A stretch of 64,000 nt of DNA from NCBI RefSeq assembly GCF_001949145.1, contig NW_019091355.1, forward strand, positions 3,826,646 through 3,890,645. The letters are read 5' to 3'. A program made the position numbers and the translations under genes. How positions within the stretch are numbered: the stretch's first letter is position 1; every line of letters begins with the position of its first letter. The notes under the pieces are model-generated. The model was not told the origin of the DNA, searched no databases, and was given only the letters and a program-made list of their open reading frames with translations. This DNA is from Acanthaster planci (taxonomy: Eukaryota). Below are positions 1 to 12,800 of the stretch, one piece after another.

Positions 1-180
1 AAAAACCCACTCAGGTGTTATGAGGGAGAGCCCACAGAATCCGATAGGGACTGAAAACCCTTATTATACACACATGCGGACCGAGGCAGGATTTGAATGT
101 GGGTCTCAGGTGAAAGGTGAGTTCAACAGGTATGGGCCAACATCACGTACATGTGCGCGCCACTGCGCCAACCTGACTTC
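1..180 (-). mobile_element. tRNA-derived SINE, degenerate
   Basis: Minus strand GTCAGGTTGGCGCAGTG (A-box-like)...CCTTTCACCT...TTCAAATCC (B-box-like)...GGGTTTTCAGTCCCTA; resembles copies at 37.8 kb and 53.3 kb. Confidence 0.6.
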
Positions 181-3100
181 CTGAAAATTTTGCACCAGAT
201 CTCTTTGGTGAAAATAAGTTACTGCTGCATGCGTGTTGTGCATGTACATGTATATCGTCAATCGATGTCAATGAACCACATCTACTAGGAAATGTGCGTC
301 ACCAATGATGTCAAATTATCCATTGCTTCCCTGTTATAAATGCACGCAATAATGAGTCACGAAAATATTGTGTAAACTTTTTCAGCTGTTTTTGAGAAGA
401 CTTTCAGAAACCGAAAAAACTCTCTTTTTGATCTGTATCTGTTTTGAAGGCCCTTGAAGTAGATACATACATGTACCCTTCATGTACATTTACAGCATAT
501 AAATGAACATGCAGCATGTAATTTGCTTCAGACGTACAGGTACGTGTACATTGTAAATTGGTGGAATTTGCAATACTTCAAAGGATACTTTTTCTAAGGT
601 ACATGTACAGGTATAACCATGTTTGCCTATTAAGATGAAAGTACCGTGCGATTTATGTGTATTAACAATGCACAAGCACAAGTGACTGTGCATATTCCTT
701 GTAACTGGTACACGGTAGGCCAACATGCCTATGGGGATCAAGTTCACTGTTTTGTCAATACGCCACACACGCACGTAAACAAAAACTTTCAACAGGGTTT
801 ACATGCATGTGCCCTGTGGTGTGTTTTCTTTGTTCTCGTGTACAAAACTCCCACACAACAAGCACAAATTTTCAAATCACTCCCATCTGAACCAGATTCA
901 CTTTCCTACTTTGGAAATTCGACCCAACGTCCCTCATTTAAAATACTTCATTATGTGACAGATGAACGGCACTTGAAAATTCCTCCTATTTGAGTAAATT
1001 TGAAATATCTATTTCGTGAAATTCTTGTGGGGTACCACTTTTCGTACCCCACAAGGTCAAAACTGGACTTGTGGGATACCTTCCATTGTTTCAGTGCCCC
1101 ACAAGTCCCTCTATACATGTTCCCTGTATGATGCAAACTTTATACAGGACGTCTATTATAGAATGGGAAGTATATTGGCACACACATGTACATGTATATT
1201 GTACATGTACACGTACTACCAGGACACACGTATTTTGTGCTTCTTCACATGTATTACGTGAAATCCTCTAACTGTGCCACAATATCCTGTGAAGACATCA
1301 GCAAAAGGAAGCAATGCTGGGCTCACATGACTCCCCCCTGCGGATCTCTGGTTTAGATTCTGGGATTCGGTTTCGGTCGGGGGTCAGGGTGAAGAAGGGT
1401 TGGATCTTCCACCTGCCCTGTGAAGCCGGGAGAGTAGTGTTGCACATGCTGGATCACTTTACAGATATTGGCACAGAAATTTTTGCGGTCACTATCTTTT
1501 GACAAAAAAGTTTATCGGTTCATCGTGGCTCAGACATGAATCGACAAGGGTGGACGTATGCAGGAACGCATGCATACACATTTACAATACATGAACGTGT
1601 AATGTGACCGCCTGCCGTCAGAGTTTATCACAATCGAGTGCACTGCACTAACATTATCTGGGAAAAATCAACCTACATGTATTTACACCAATATTTCACA
1701 GAACCTATTAGGGGAGGGGTGTTGAATGCTTTCAGGGCATTGCTGCTTCTTTATCAAAGGTTACAGGCTTCAGATGACAAATAAATGTGTACTGTACCCT
1801 GCATACATCTCTTTGAAGTCAATTTCTGCTACACGGGCTCACTTTCATGTAAGATGCAATTTGTTGCTATTTCTTGTGAATTCTGCCTGAAGTTGCCTAA
1901 TAGCCAAGTCTACAGTGCCTGTACCATCCTATGGCAAATGTTACGTTACCGGGGCAATTCTGTCACCCTTGGATACCGGTGATAATCAGCCCTGACCAAA
2001 GGCTGCCGCTGAACGCAGGCCTGCTGTTGAGCTTACAACCATGCTCTATGTCCCATGTACAGTACTGTACCATATTACTGGAGTGCAGTAATGTTCCTGC
2101 ATTATGAAGTACATACATGAAGTTGATTAATGTACATGCATGTACATTAATCTGTCTGCGCCAACATATCTTAATCTACATGTACTGGAGCATTCTGACA
2201 CATCATATCTGACATACATGTATGATTTAAAGTTTAAAACACATAATTTAACTTCCGAGACTGATTAAATTAAGTGATGCATATTACATGTACCTGCTCA
2301 ACAAATTGAAAATAGTCTGAAGCCAATTTTATTACACATGTCAAACTGCAAACATGTCACTGCAGGGATGCAAAAGGTTTTCTGTTGGACCCCAAATTTG
2401 TAAAGTTACAGACTGACCCACACTGCAAGAGAGTTAAGTGCACTGGCGCTGCACCAACCCATGCAGTCTGTGAGCAAATAACAACATACATGTACATGGA
2501 CCACTGCAACAGTTTCAATTCCTACATTTTGTTCAAGTTAGTTTTCAAAATTAAAAAAAAAAAGGCTTTCGAAAGTAAGAAAGAAAAAGCCACTAACGTG
2601 CCCAGAGACACAATCGTTGGTGATTCTACAATCAGTGACAGTAACCCCATCCCCCGTGGGCTGGTACACGTGTTCATTTCCAAACACTTCCCCTCCCCCA
2701 CGGCAGACAGTGGCTGCCTCTCTCACCCCGTAAATTCCATCACTTCCTACGTTTCCTGTCAAGTGGCACTGAAATGCAAAGTCACTGCTGTGCATGTGTT
2801 TTTATCTGGTGCGCCGCTGGCATCAGAACATTCAGAATTCATCCAGATTTGCACCACCTAGAAACACTTCCCTGTTGTGCATGTACACTGGTGCAGTCCA
2901 GGTCAGCCGTGCACATCTAAACATGTACACAGAAATTGCATCAGCATGGATTGTTTGCATAAAGTTGCATGTAACCATGGCAACTTCATACCATTACCAA
3001 CTTTCTATTTGTATTAAACTTTCTCACTGGTAATAAAATACACAGCATAAGATATTAAAATCAAGATATAGATCAGAATAAATTCTATCTTTTTGTTAAA

Positions 3101-3414
3101 ATGTTTATGCAACATGTACATGTACTTGTAAATGCATTTGTCCCTATGACAACAGCAGGCCTACATGTATGAAGTTTACTGTATTATACACAAACCTAAC
3201 ATAATGAAAGATATTAGCGTCTCTTTTGGATTATTTCATTTCAACAAAAAACCCTTGACAAGCATTCAATTTATTGGATACATTAAAAATGGTCTAAAAT
3301 GCTATCAGTAAATAACAGAAAAGTAAACAACGCAGTGCACTGTACGTGCAGTGCCAACTAGGTAAACGACAAATTATTAAAATTGAGAAAGTGTCATACA
3401 AAAACCTGCTTTCA

Positions 3415-3702
3415 NNNNNNNNNNNNNNNNNNNNNNNNNNNNNNNNNNNNNNNNNNNNNNNNNNNNNNNNNNNNNNNNNNNNNNNNNNNNNNNNNNNNNN
3501 NNNNNNNNNNNNNNNNNNNNNNNNNNNNNNNNNNNNNNNNNNNNNNNNNNNNNNNNNNNNNNNNNNNNNNNNNNNNNNNNNNNNNNNNNNNNNNNNNNNN
3601 NNNNNNNNNNNNNNNNNNNNNNNNNNNNNNNNNNNNNNNNNNNNNNNNNNNNNNNNNNNNNNNNNNNNNNNNNNNNNNNNNNNNNNNNNNNNNNNNNNNN
3701 NN
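3415..3702. other. Assembly gap (others: 15856-15961, 18156-18619, 27324-27729, 53731-54264)
   Basis: N runs. Confidence 1.
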
Positions 3703-5538
3703 CTCCGTCTCATACATGTACCTTGCTGCGTATGGCTAAATCCCAATTGAAAATGGGCCAGGCATTTGTCAATAATGAGGCATTCAAATTTCATACTACC
3801 CATACATTATGCACCTTTGGCAACCAGCACAGGTGTGCCGCATGTAATTAACAATGAGCATTGTCCAACGGTGCATTGTGAACAGTGGCATGGGGACAGA
3901 ATCTGCCCTCTTTCAGTAGCCCATCGGGTGTGACGAGTTACACTAGAGGAACGAGGACACTCAGCATTTCACATTTTATACATCTTTTCCATCACAAAGC
4001 TATTTGGGACAGAGATGGTGTCAAAGGAAATTACTCAACTTCCAAAATAACCCAAGTAGGCCTATCTTTCGACATCCTGCACAAAACGGGGAATAAAAAT
4101 ACACTGTTCCATAGCTGGACGTAGAGTGTATTTTCGGAGTTTTCCCCCCTGAAATGGGAATTGCACTGCGGAGGCGACCGTGTGTAACTTCCTGCCCAAT
4201 GCAAACATACATGTACACCCATTATTTACCACTGCCCACAATCAGGACTAAGGGAAATTACTGATCTGTAATTACGAAACTCGGAGGGAAAACACCAGTT
4301 ACTTCTCCATCAAGCTCAGCCACTTTCAATCAGAGGAAAAATGTGTTGTTTTTTTTCATCTGGCAACATCATTATGAACAACTCTGTGAAAAAAAAGGGA
4401 TATTTTCCGGAGTGCGTCCTGCAGGAGAATGCTAAACATAGCATGTGCAACAAAGCACGGCAAAGAAAATCCAGCAGTAACACTGTTTATGTACCGGTAA
4501 CCGAGGAAATCTCTCCGTTCAGAATTTCAGAGGCACAGGTATTATTTTCTATTTCTGTCATGGTCGAGCACAAAACTTCCAGAAGTACTAGTACCGTACA
4601 TCCTTGCTCTGTGTCTACATGTAGCCCGATCAGCCTGATCCCATGTCACAACAAAAGCTCTGCGTCTAAGGCTTCATTACGCACTTCCTTTGTGCGTGGG
4701 TACCACCTTTTCTGAACAATACCCTGGGGGGGGAGGGAGGGTTGGGACTGAAGGGAGGGGAGAGAAGTGGCTGAGAGACCAGTTACTCAGAAATGGCTGA
4801 GAGTCTTTATCTAGCTCATTCAATAGGGGCAAGACATTTCCACTGTCTCAGTGAGGTCATCCCTTGTGAGTGTGGTATGGAGGTGGACGGACTTTGCAAG
4901 AAACTCCTTTGAGTGGGAGGAAAGAGACAATGAACCAAAAAAACCCACCTCCCGGATGTTAGCATCCCCAAACTTCAGACATCCAAACAGCAATTCAGGG
5001 CAGAAAAAAAAAGAGCAATGGATACATTCCAAGCAAAGGAACACTTCCTACTTTATGTACAGTTTAGGGTGACACTTAAAAGCATGACAAAAGCAACAAA
5101 TCGGAGAGAAATCATGCCCGAGGTATCTTTTATAATACAGCTTAGATAATATGTACTGGTACTGGCAATACTACCGTACCAGTGGGGGTTACCTTTGGGC
5201 AAGGTGTCTCTTGCTATTCTAAGAAAACAAAAAACAAACTGACAAAAGACTGAGACAATTTCAGTGAGACAGTAGAGACACAGTTTGACAATGGATGCAT
5301 TCAGAAACTGGTGACGGGTTTCTTGATGATGCCCAAACTCATGGTCACTAAGGGAAGCCATCTGCTGTCAACAGAGTCAACGACCGGTGAGTTTGACAGT
5401 GACTATTGCACAGCGTAGCGACTAACACAGGCCTACATGTATTTGTACATGTGTCACGTACACATCCTATGCGTTTTCGTGTACATGTACAGTATATGAT
5501 AGCACATGTGCACCTACATGTGTACGAGTACACATCAG

Positions 5539-5784
5539 GCACCAATTTCATAGAGCTGCCTAAGTACAAAATTTGCTTAAGTGTAAAAACCTTGCTTAAA
5601 AAAACAAAGGTTACCTACTCAAACTCGATAACTCACGCTAACCAAAAGACAGCTAAATACAATCCCAAAACAATATGTACATGTATACATCACATGGAGT
5701 TTTGGTTGGTTACATGATTTATCAAGCAAGGTTTTCTCGCGCTTAAGTAAATTTTGTGCTTAAGCAGCTCTATGAAAATGGCCC
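5539..5784. mobile_element. PIF/Harbinger (Tourist-like) MITE
   Basis: ~60-bp imperfect TIRs (TTTCATAGAGCTGCYTAAGYACAAAATTTRCTTAAG...AAAACCTTGCTT), flanked by CAG on both sides (CWG target duplication). Confidence 0.8.
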
Positions 5785-6299
5785 CAGGAGTCGTTCAATT
5801 TCAAGTAAAAATGGATCATGGGAAGCAATACTTTAAAATGGCCTACACGAAATCAAATTTATATAAAAATAGAATTTTGGAAAAATCAAAATTGATAGCA
5901 TAATTTATAACAGTATGTGTACATGTATACGTGTACACTGCATGTACGAGTGTACTCAATTATACTGTGTCGGTCTAAAGTTACAGAAATGACAAAATAT
6001 GCATTAACAATTCTAAAAGAAATCAAGATACATGTAGTTGCTGTTTCACAGGTCTGTTCTATGTACAATGTACATTGACAAGGGATGACCATATTTTAAC
6101 GTACATGTACCTATAGTCCTGTGCAATGTTTTTTGATCCTCAAAAAGATTCATTACACGTAACCATCATCTAGCAATCTAGAACCATGACAAAAATTCCA
6201 GGGGAGAAAGTGCCCTGCCTCTGTCATTCTCTGCAAAAATCTCAAGGACGATACAAGCCCTTCCATATAGGACACTGCATGACAGATTAAAATAATAAT

Positions 6300-6657
6300 A
6301 TTAATAATAATAATATTTAATGATTTGTTTGCATATTTGGTTGTTTTTACAATTTTTAAATGGGCCTTTTTTGTTTTGCCAATTTTAAACTGAATTTTAG
6401 TTACATGTGTACTGGCATTTTAATCAACTCATTTGTAAATTTGTATTTTTAACCATGAACGGTTTTTTCTTATTTGTGTCTATATAAGATGTTTTCTCTG
6501 TAATTTGGTTTTTTGTTCTTTTTTTTTCTTTTTTTTTTTTATAATGTTTAATTGTTTATAGTTTGTGATGTTTTAAACTTTGTAAATCATGTTCAATTCA
6601 GCTGACGCTGCGAGGCATGATTATTAATAAACCAATTTGAATGAATGAATGAATGAA
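6300..6657 (+). repeat. Probable 3' tail of a non-LTR retroelement
   Basis: T-rich tract ending AATAAACC followed by (TGAA)4. Confidence 0.4.
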
Positions 6658-9600
6658 AATAACTGACCTCAATGGTATCGAGGACAAAGTTCATGTTGGG
6701 TCTGTCTGCATGTGTTCAACATGCTACCTGAGGACGGAGGTGTACAGCTAGATTATGATTGTCACCTTTGGACGGACTAAATCAGTCCCAGAAGTTGGCA
6801 TCTGCCATGGACTCCTGTTCCTCCCCCCCCCCCAAAAAGATGTACATGTGTCACCCTCATGCCACCCCCTCTCCCAGTGCACAATGCTTCTGGAGATGAA
6901 CCCACTGAAATGACCTTGACCACAAAAACCACACACCCAGCACCATCCATCACTCCAGAGTGGGGAGAGACACCCACCACCGCTGCCTGGCTACAACAAA
7001 CCCCTGGCTGGGCTTGGACACATTCCACTGGTATCATATCCCATTGACTGACAGCACGCCTGCTCTCCCCAACCACCAAAGTACAACCTGGAGTACAATC
7101 ACCTGCACCCTCACCACTGGCCATCATCATTATCATCCCCTGGGGTCACCCAACGATTGTTGACCTTCGCTGACCTTGCCTACCCTTTATCAAGGCAGGG
7201 GTGCTTTGGCCTCCGCAAAGACAAATACTGTGGTATCCCCCTCCCATTACAACATCAGCTTCTGTCACTTTTTCCATTTACACTGGTATTTTCAGATTTA
7301 CGTATTAATGTACATGTACATGTACTGGTACATTTCAAAGTACTGGGCATGATTTCAGACTCAGTACAGATACGATAATACACGGCACAGTAAGGGGTGT
7401 TCCAACAATTTCATGTCATGTGCTGTAAATAGTCTGTGACTAGTTTTCAGATGATAACTTTTTATACTTTACAGACAGGTTAATGTGTCTCTAAAAATAC
7501 ATGGTCTAAAAATAAATCATTATGGTGTCCGGTTACAGGATGAAGTACTGTACTTTTGTGCACTGTTACTGCTGAGCAACAGTTTTGGTTCTAGAACTTG
7601 CATATGGATTTGTATGGAATTTTTACAACTGCATTTGCCACGTCAACGATGTTCTGTCCACTGATTTAATTCAAAATAGGTCATATCCAAGAGCAACTTG
7701 CTGAAATTAGAGAAAAACGTCCCCTTCACACAGTGCAAACAAACGAAAAGTGTACGTGTACAAGTACACACGTATAGTGACAACCTGTCAGCAGTATGCT
7801 GATCTAATGAAACCACAACGAATTTCAATGTATTTCAATAAACTACTTTGGATACAAATGATATTAAATAAATGAAATGAAGGACATTTATAAAGAACGG
7901 ACAAAGGACTGCTACAGTTTCAAGCAAGTCAATCGCAAGGTGAATGATGAGGGACAAACAATGACAACGGAATGCCACTGCAACAATTTGAGATGCGTCA
8001 CTGAATGAATTAATTCTGCACTGGGCACCTCATGGGAGAAGTTGCTGCATGAATGACCTGATTGCAATGACAAACGGGAGGGGGCATTGTCTTAGACTGT
8101 ACTGGAGTTGTAACACTCATACCCATACTCGAACTCAGATGTGTACTCAGTATTAAATCATTAATCACACTGGGCTTTTATGCACTAAATATAAATCAGC
8201 ACATTGTGGGGTTTTAATCAAAAGAAGGACAACATATTTTTGGTATTCTCCTCTGGAATTTATAACTGGGCTGATTCGTTATCAGTGGAGGGCCAAAAAC
8301 TCAAGAGGTTAACCAGTGAACGGCACATGGCAATACTGCACCTGTGTGCTAACACATACATCTGTTATTTTGCACACACCTCACCACAGTATTAACACTT
8401 CTGAACTGTGAACATACCTAATCGCAAAGTTGGATGCCAAATCAGAACAACCTGATTTGGTGACCAAAATGAATTCTGCTTGAATCAACCATCAGCCTGA
8501 CATGAATAATAACGGTACTGGATGGCTTGTTAGGGGGTACATACATGTATACAAGAATATATTGTACTCGCTAACTTGGGAAAGAGTTCCACACAAGGAC
8601 AACACTACTTCTTCCTTGAAATGTAACAGCCGTCATAAAGTGATAACACCTTCAACTCAAGCAATATTGTTCTAGCTCGCGTAATTATTCTTGTATCCCT
8701 TTCAAAGTGATCAAACATAACTATTTCCCGTACGCCTGCTTGTACATGTACCAGGTAAAATGCCATGTAGGCCTACTCATTGAAATTTATTATTTTTATT
8801 ATTTATTTGGCCAGAGCAATAGACATGACAGGTCCATACAAAGCAATCAGTATAGTACAAAACAGATTAGTACTCCCAGATGGGCCACGGGCAGCAAAAG
8901 CAATAAAATTATTGTGATCCATAGACCTGCTGCCCAACACTCTTATCCTCATTCTCACAAGGGATTTTTGGATAAGCTCAGGGGGCAATACAAAATTCCA
9001 CTGAGCTTAACTGTGTGGTGTTGAAATGCCGAGGCCATAACTACAGTGTGAACATGTGTATTTATACATGATCTTGCTGTATGCACAACATAAGGTAAAT
9101 GTACCACGTGCTGCCAAGCTACATGCACTTGCTATGAAGTAATTTTGTGGGGTAACGTGATGTGATGCAGGTGCACACGATTCCTGCTGCAGTGAATCAC
9201 AGTATTTGCCATATACATCTCAAGATTTCGGCAGATCACAAGTTTCGTTACATTTCATTGGTACCAAGGTAGATTTGGATCAGCTTTGGTGCCATTGTGA
9301 ATATGACAGCTCAGGTTAGCAATATCGAAATGATGTTGGAAACACACTTAGCACAGTGATTTGAAAACAGCATTGCCACCTGTCAAATTGCACACCCATG
9401 ACAACCAACCATCTATAAATTATAAGGAAAGAGTTCTATCTACATGTACGGACAATACTTGCTGCAGCTGCCCAAACACCTACATGTGTGAGACCTGTCT
9501 GAAAGGAACAACTGTTTTTCTAAGTAAATGCTTTGGAGTGTTCTATGCTAAATTTCACTTTTTAGGACATGTTATCACATTCTGGAGGCTGTTATAACAT

Positions 9601-9791
9601 TTTAAGGGAAAATTAGCATTGTCCGTATATGGAATTCTTCCAATTAAATAATTGTAGCCCTATGGAATTTATTTTATTAAGATTATAATAAGAAAAAAAC
9701 AAATATCATTCAATCTTCATGCCATAAAACAATATGAAAAAATCCCTCTGTTAAGCGAATTGGAGCAACAACTATTTTTGTAACAAATTAA

Positions 9792-9800
9792 AAAGGATAC
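9792..9800 (-). other. U12-type (minor spliceosome) 5' splice site of PTEN intron 1
   Basis: Intron begins GTATCCTTT, the U12 GT-AG donor consensus. Confidence 0.85.
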
Positions 9801-9888
9801 AACTCAAGTCCAGATCAAAGTTCTCATCGACATACCGCCTTTTCTTCTTGCTGACCATTCCCCGTATCTTGGCAGCCGCAAGAGCCAT
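9801..9888 (-). CDS. PTEN: PTEN first coding exon (MALAAAKIRGMVSKKKRRYVDENFDLDLS+T); no further exons found in the window
   Basis: Matches the PTEN N-terminus (human [27 protein letters not shown]). Exon ends in phase 1 inside the Tyr codon, like vertebrate PTEN exon 1, followed by GTATCCTTT. No exon 2 or HCKAGKGR exon found in 1-9800. Confidence 0.85.
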
Positions 9889-12800
9889 GTTTGTCACTTC
9901 ACTTGGGCACTCAACGGGCCCACAAACACCAAGGACTGACAAGTTTTTTTCTGACCAGTGAACAATTAAGCGTACAGCTAAGAGAACTGAACTTCTGAAG
10001 TTTGGTGATGGCCCACCGTCCACGACACGGAAGTGCACACTGTGGAGGAGCGCGAAGCACCTTGTTCGCGTACACAATTCGTAGTTACGGGTGCGGTGAT
10101 GTCATGAAGTTGCCACCTACACGTTAGCAGTAATTTTTCCAAGTGAATAACCACACTGGATTTCGGTGGACAATTATTTCATTTTGATAGTAGGTGACAT
10201 CCTGATAGCTGATGTGATGGTCTGATCTTTAGGAACGTGTTCAGTGTCGATGTCCAGTTACCAAGGTGAGATTGTGAAGTCACACCGTCGACGCTTGTCC
10301 GTTGATCTACATGTTCATGTATATCATGTTTCTCAAGCTGCAACGTGCGTATATCCCGTTTGGTGTTGCGCCACACTGGTATGGTGCGGTGTGTGCTATT
10401 TATAACAGCATATCCCAGTATCGATACTCCTCATCGATACCATGGTTCAGTGAACTACACACAACGAACTGTTAATGTTCGCGGTTAGCATCATGTGGTC
10501 TAGAGCGTCATGTGGGGCGCGCGGGGCTCTAAATTTTGGGCGTTAAATCATGCATCATTGACATTGTGGTCTACGTATGTAGTAGCTGGCGAGTATAGTG
10601 TAGGCAAATTGGCTGTCGGTTTCAGTGAACATTCGTTATGACTTTTTTCTTATAACTGTAAATAATCAAGAGAAGTTCACCATAAGGATGGGACTTGACA
10701 GATCCTAGACTAAGGTGGAGAAATGGCGGGGTGGCGAAACAAAGCCTCAGTCCCCTCCCCAAAAATGGCATTAAAAAAAAAGTATTGAATGGGAGGACGA
10801 AGCATGTGATTGTGGAATCCCTGAATTTCCTGAAACAGTTGAAAGATCACCGCAGAATAAATCCCCAATTTTTCGCTTCCACTCCAAGGACTCCTGCCTG
10901 TGAGAACATTGCCTATGTATTGGTTGATGACGAATCCAGTGATGGTGAAAGGAAAGGGGGGGGGCCTTCCGATCAATTGTCTGTTGTTCCATCAACCTAT
11001 TTATGGTATGGCAATACAACAGAGGGCGCTATTTGATTTGGGTAGACTCTTTTTAGACTGGTTCCCATCCCATAGGTATAGTCTCCAAACGTCTTACAGA
11101 CATCCTCAGAATGTAGGGGTACACTGAACCAATTCGAGCTCCATTGAAAATAGTGTAAAATCAACAAAGTTTGGAGCCCCATGGCAGGCAACTGAAGTCC
11201 CTGAGGCCTCTCAAACAAAAAACGATGTGTTGTTTGCTCCTTCAGATTTCATTTGATTTTCAATTTTTAGTAGGTTGACTGATGAATTTTTTAATTATCA
11301 ACTCACCCCCAAAAAGTGAATGGTCCCAAGTTTTCTCCGCAGCCATTTTTCAAATGACGTCCCTCACCTTTCTCAGGCTCTTCTGACAAATTTTCAATCA
11401 CATTTGTGTCTGCTTTTCCCCCAGATGGGTGCCCCTGAATCTACAGACGATCCTGGGCCATACTGACACAATCCCACAATTTCTTGGCCCACACAGACTC
11501 CTCTTTTCAAAAGAATTTGTAGGGTACTTTTGAAGCACTTCTGCCTGGTGGAGAATTTTCCTTGAATTGGTACATGGCACCTGTAGGGGCCGGTAGGCTA
11601 GCGTGTAATGAATCCAGCAGAATCCTGCCGGGCTTATGTAAATGAGGAAACGATACCTGCTCAATGTGCAAATTAAGCTGGAGCTGGTAGCATATTTTGC
11701 TTTTTCTTCTTTGTTCCTCAAAACAACTTCCCCATAAGTTAATCATTTGTCTAAAATCAAACACAATAACCACTGATTAGAAATAAATTGCTGTAAAACG
11801 ATTTATCGATAATCATTGAAAAATAAATTACCACACTGTAATCAACAGGGGCTAATTAGCAAGGATAGGTGCTTGTGTTTTATTTGCCTCCGTGGTGAAA
11901 CGTATTTCATGCTAAAGCATTGCTATTGGCCTGACAAAAACTGAAATATTCAGCATCCAAACTGACAGGGCTTAATAGCACCTGTCGACGCGATGGGGCC
12001 GGGGACCAGTCCAGAATCTTTTGCGTTTACTCCAAATTTACTCACTTCAAATAGCACCCCTGCTGTACCTGCCATGCTTCAAATAGAAATTACTGTTGCA
12101 ATTTAAGTAATGAAGGGCACCACCAAGCGAGCCTGCTGCGAATCAACTTAGCAACCGCGGGAAACGGAAAGTGTGGGCTGGCTGGGGATGAACGATCTGC
12201 TATGGTCAGAGATCACCCATTGATCACCGATCATCACCAATTCTCAGATCCATCAGCCCATTTCATTAATCACCAATTAAGAACATGCCCATCATTCAGA
12301 ATCAATAAGTCTGCCTGTTGTGCCAGTGCTCTCTGAACACAAACCCAAAGGACTCCCTGTGTCTTCATTTCTCCTTAACAGTTACTTGGGTTCAGACTAT
12401 AATTGGGGAGGGGTTCACTCCTCTAAGTTTATTGACTCCCCTAAAATATGCAATTAAAGTAGTGGGCGGCACAAAGATAGGTGGGGTAGTGTAAAGGAAG
12501 TGGGAAACAGGTTGAGAATTTTCCACTCTTGAAAACATGATGTGCCCTTTAAACTTGTACTCTTCCCAATCCAAGCCCCAAATTTCGTAGGCATTCCATG
12601 CTGAATAATCTTCATTCATCTCGAACAATGACATTTGTACAAGCCTCACTTTCACATTATAGCAACCTTTGCAGTTTTATATTTGTACAGGTGATATACA
12701 GGTTAACTTTACACATAACAGCATCCAGGGTTCTGTACATTAATAAGATGCAGTGGCTGACTTCATGACACAGTAGTTATTATCTCTGAACAAGAAAGTT

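Noticed and set aside
3294..3803. Long ORFs containing X runs (also 18106-18753, 27073-27846, 53640-54367)
   Set aside because: Artefacts of N gaps.
5348..5400. LTADGFP as possible PTEN exon 2 (IIAMGFP)
   Set aside because: Immediate stop, no EGVYRN continuation, no suitable acceptor or branch point.
10396..10440. TATA-like (minus TATAAATAG) and DRE-like TATCGATA motifs upstream of PTEN
   Set aside because: Short motifs that cannot be supported without TSS data.
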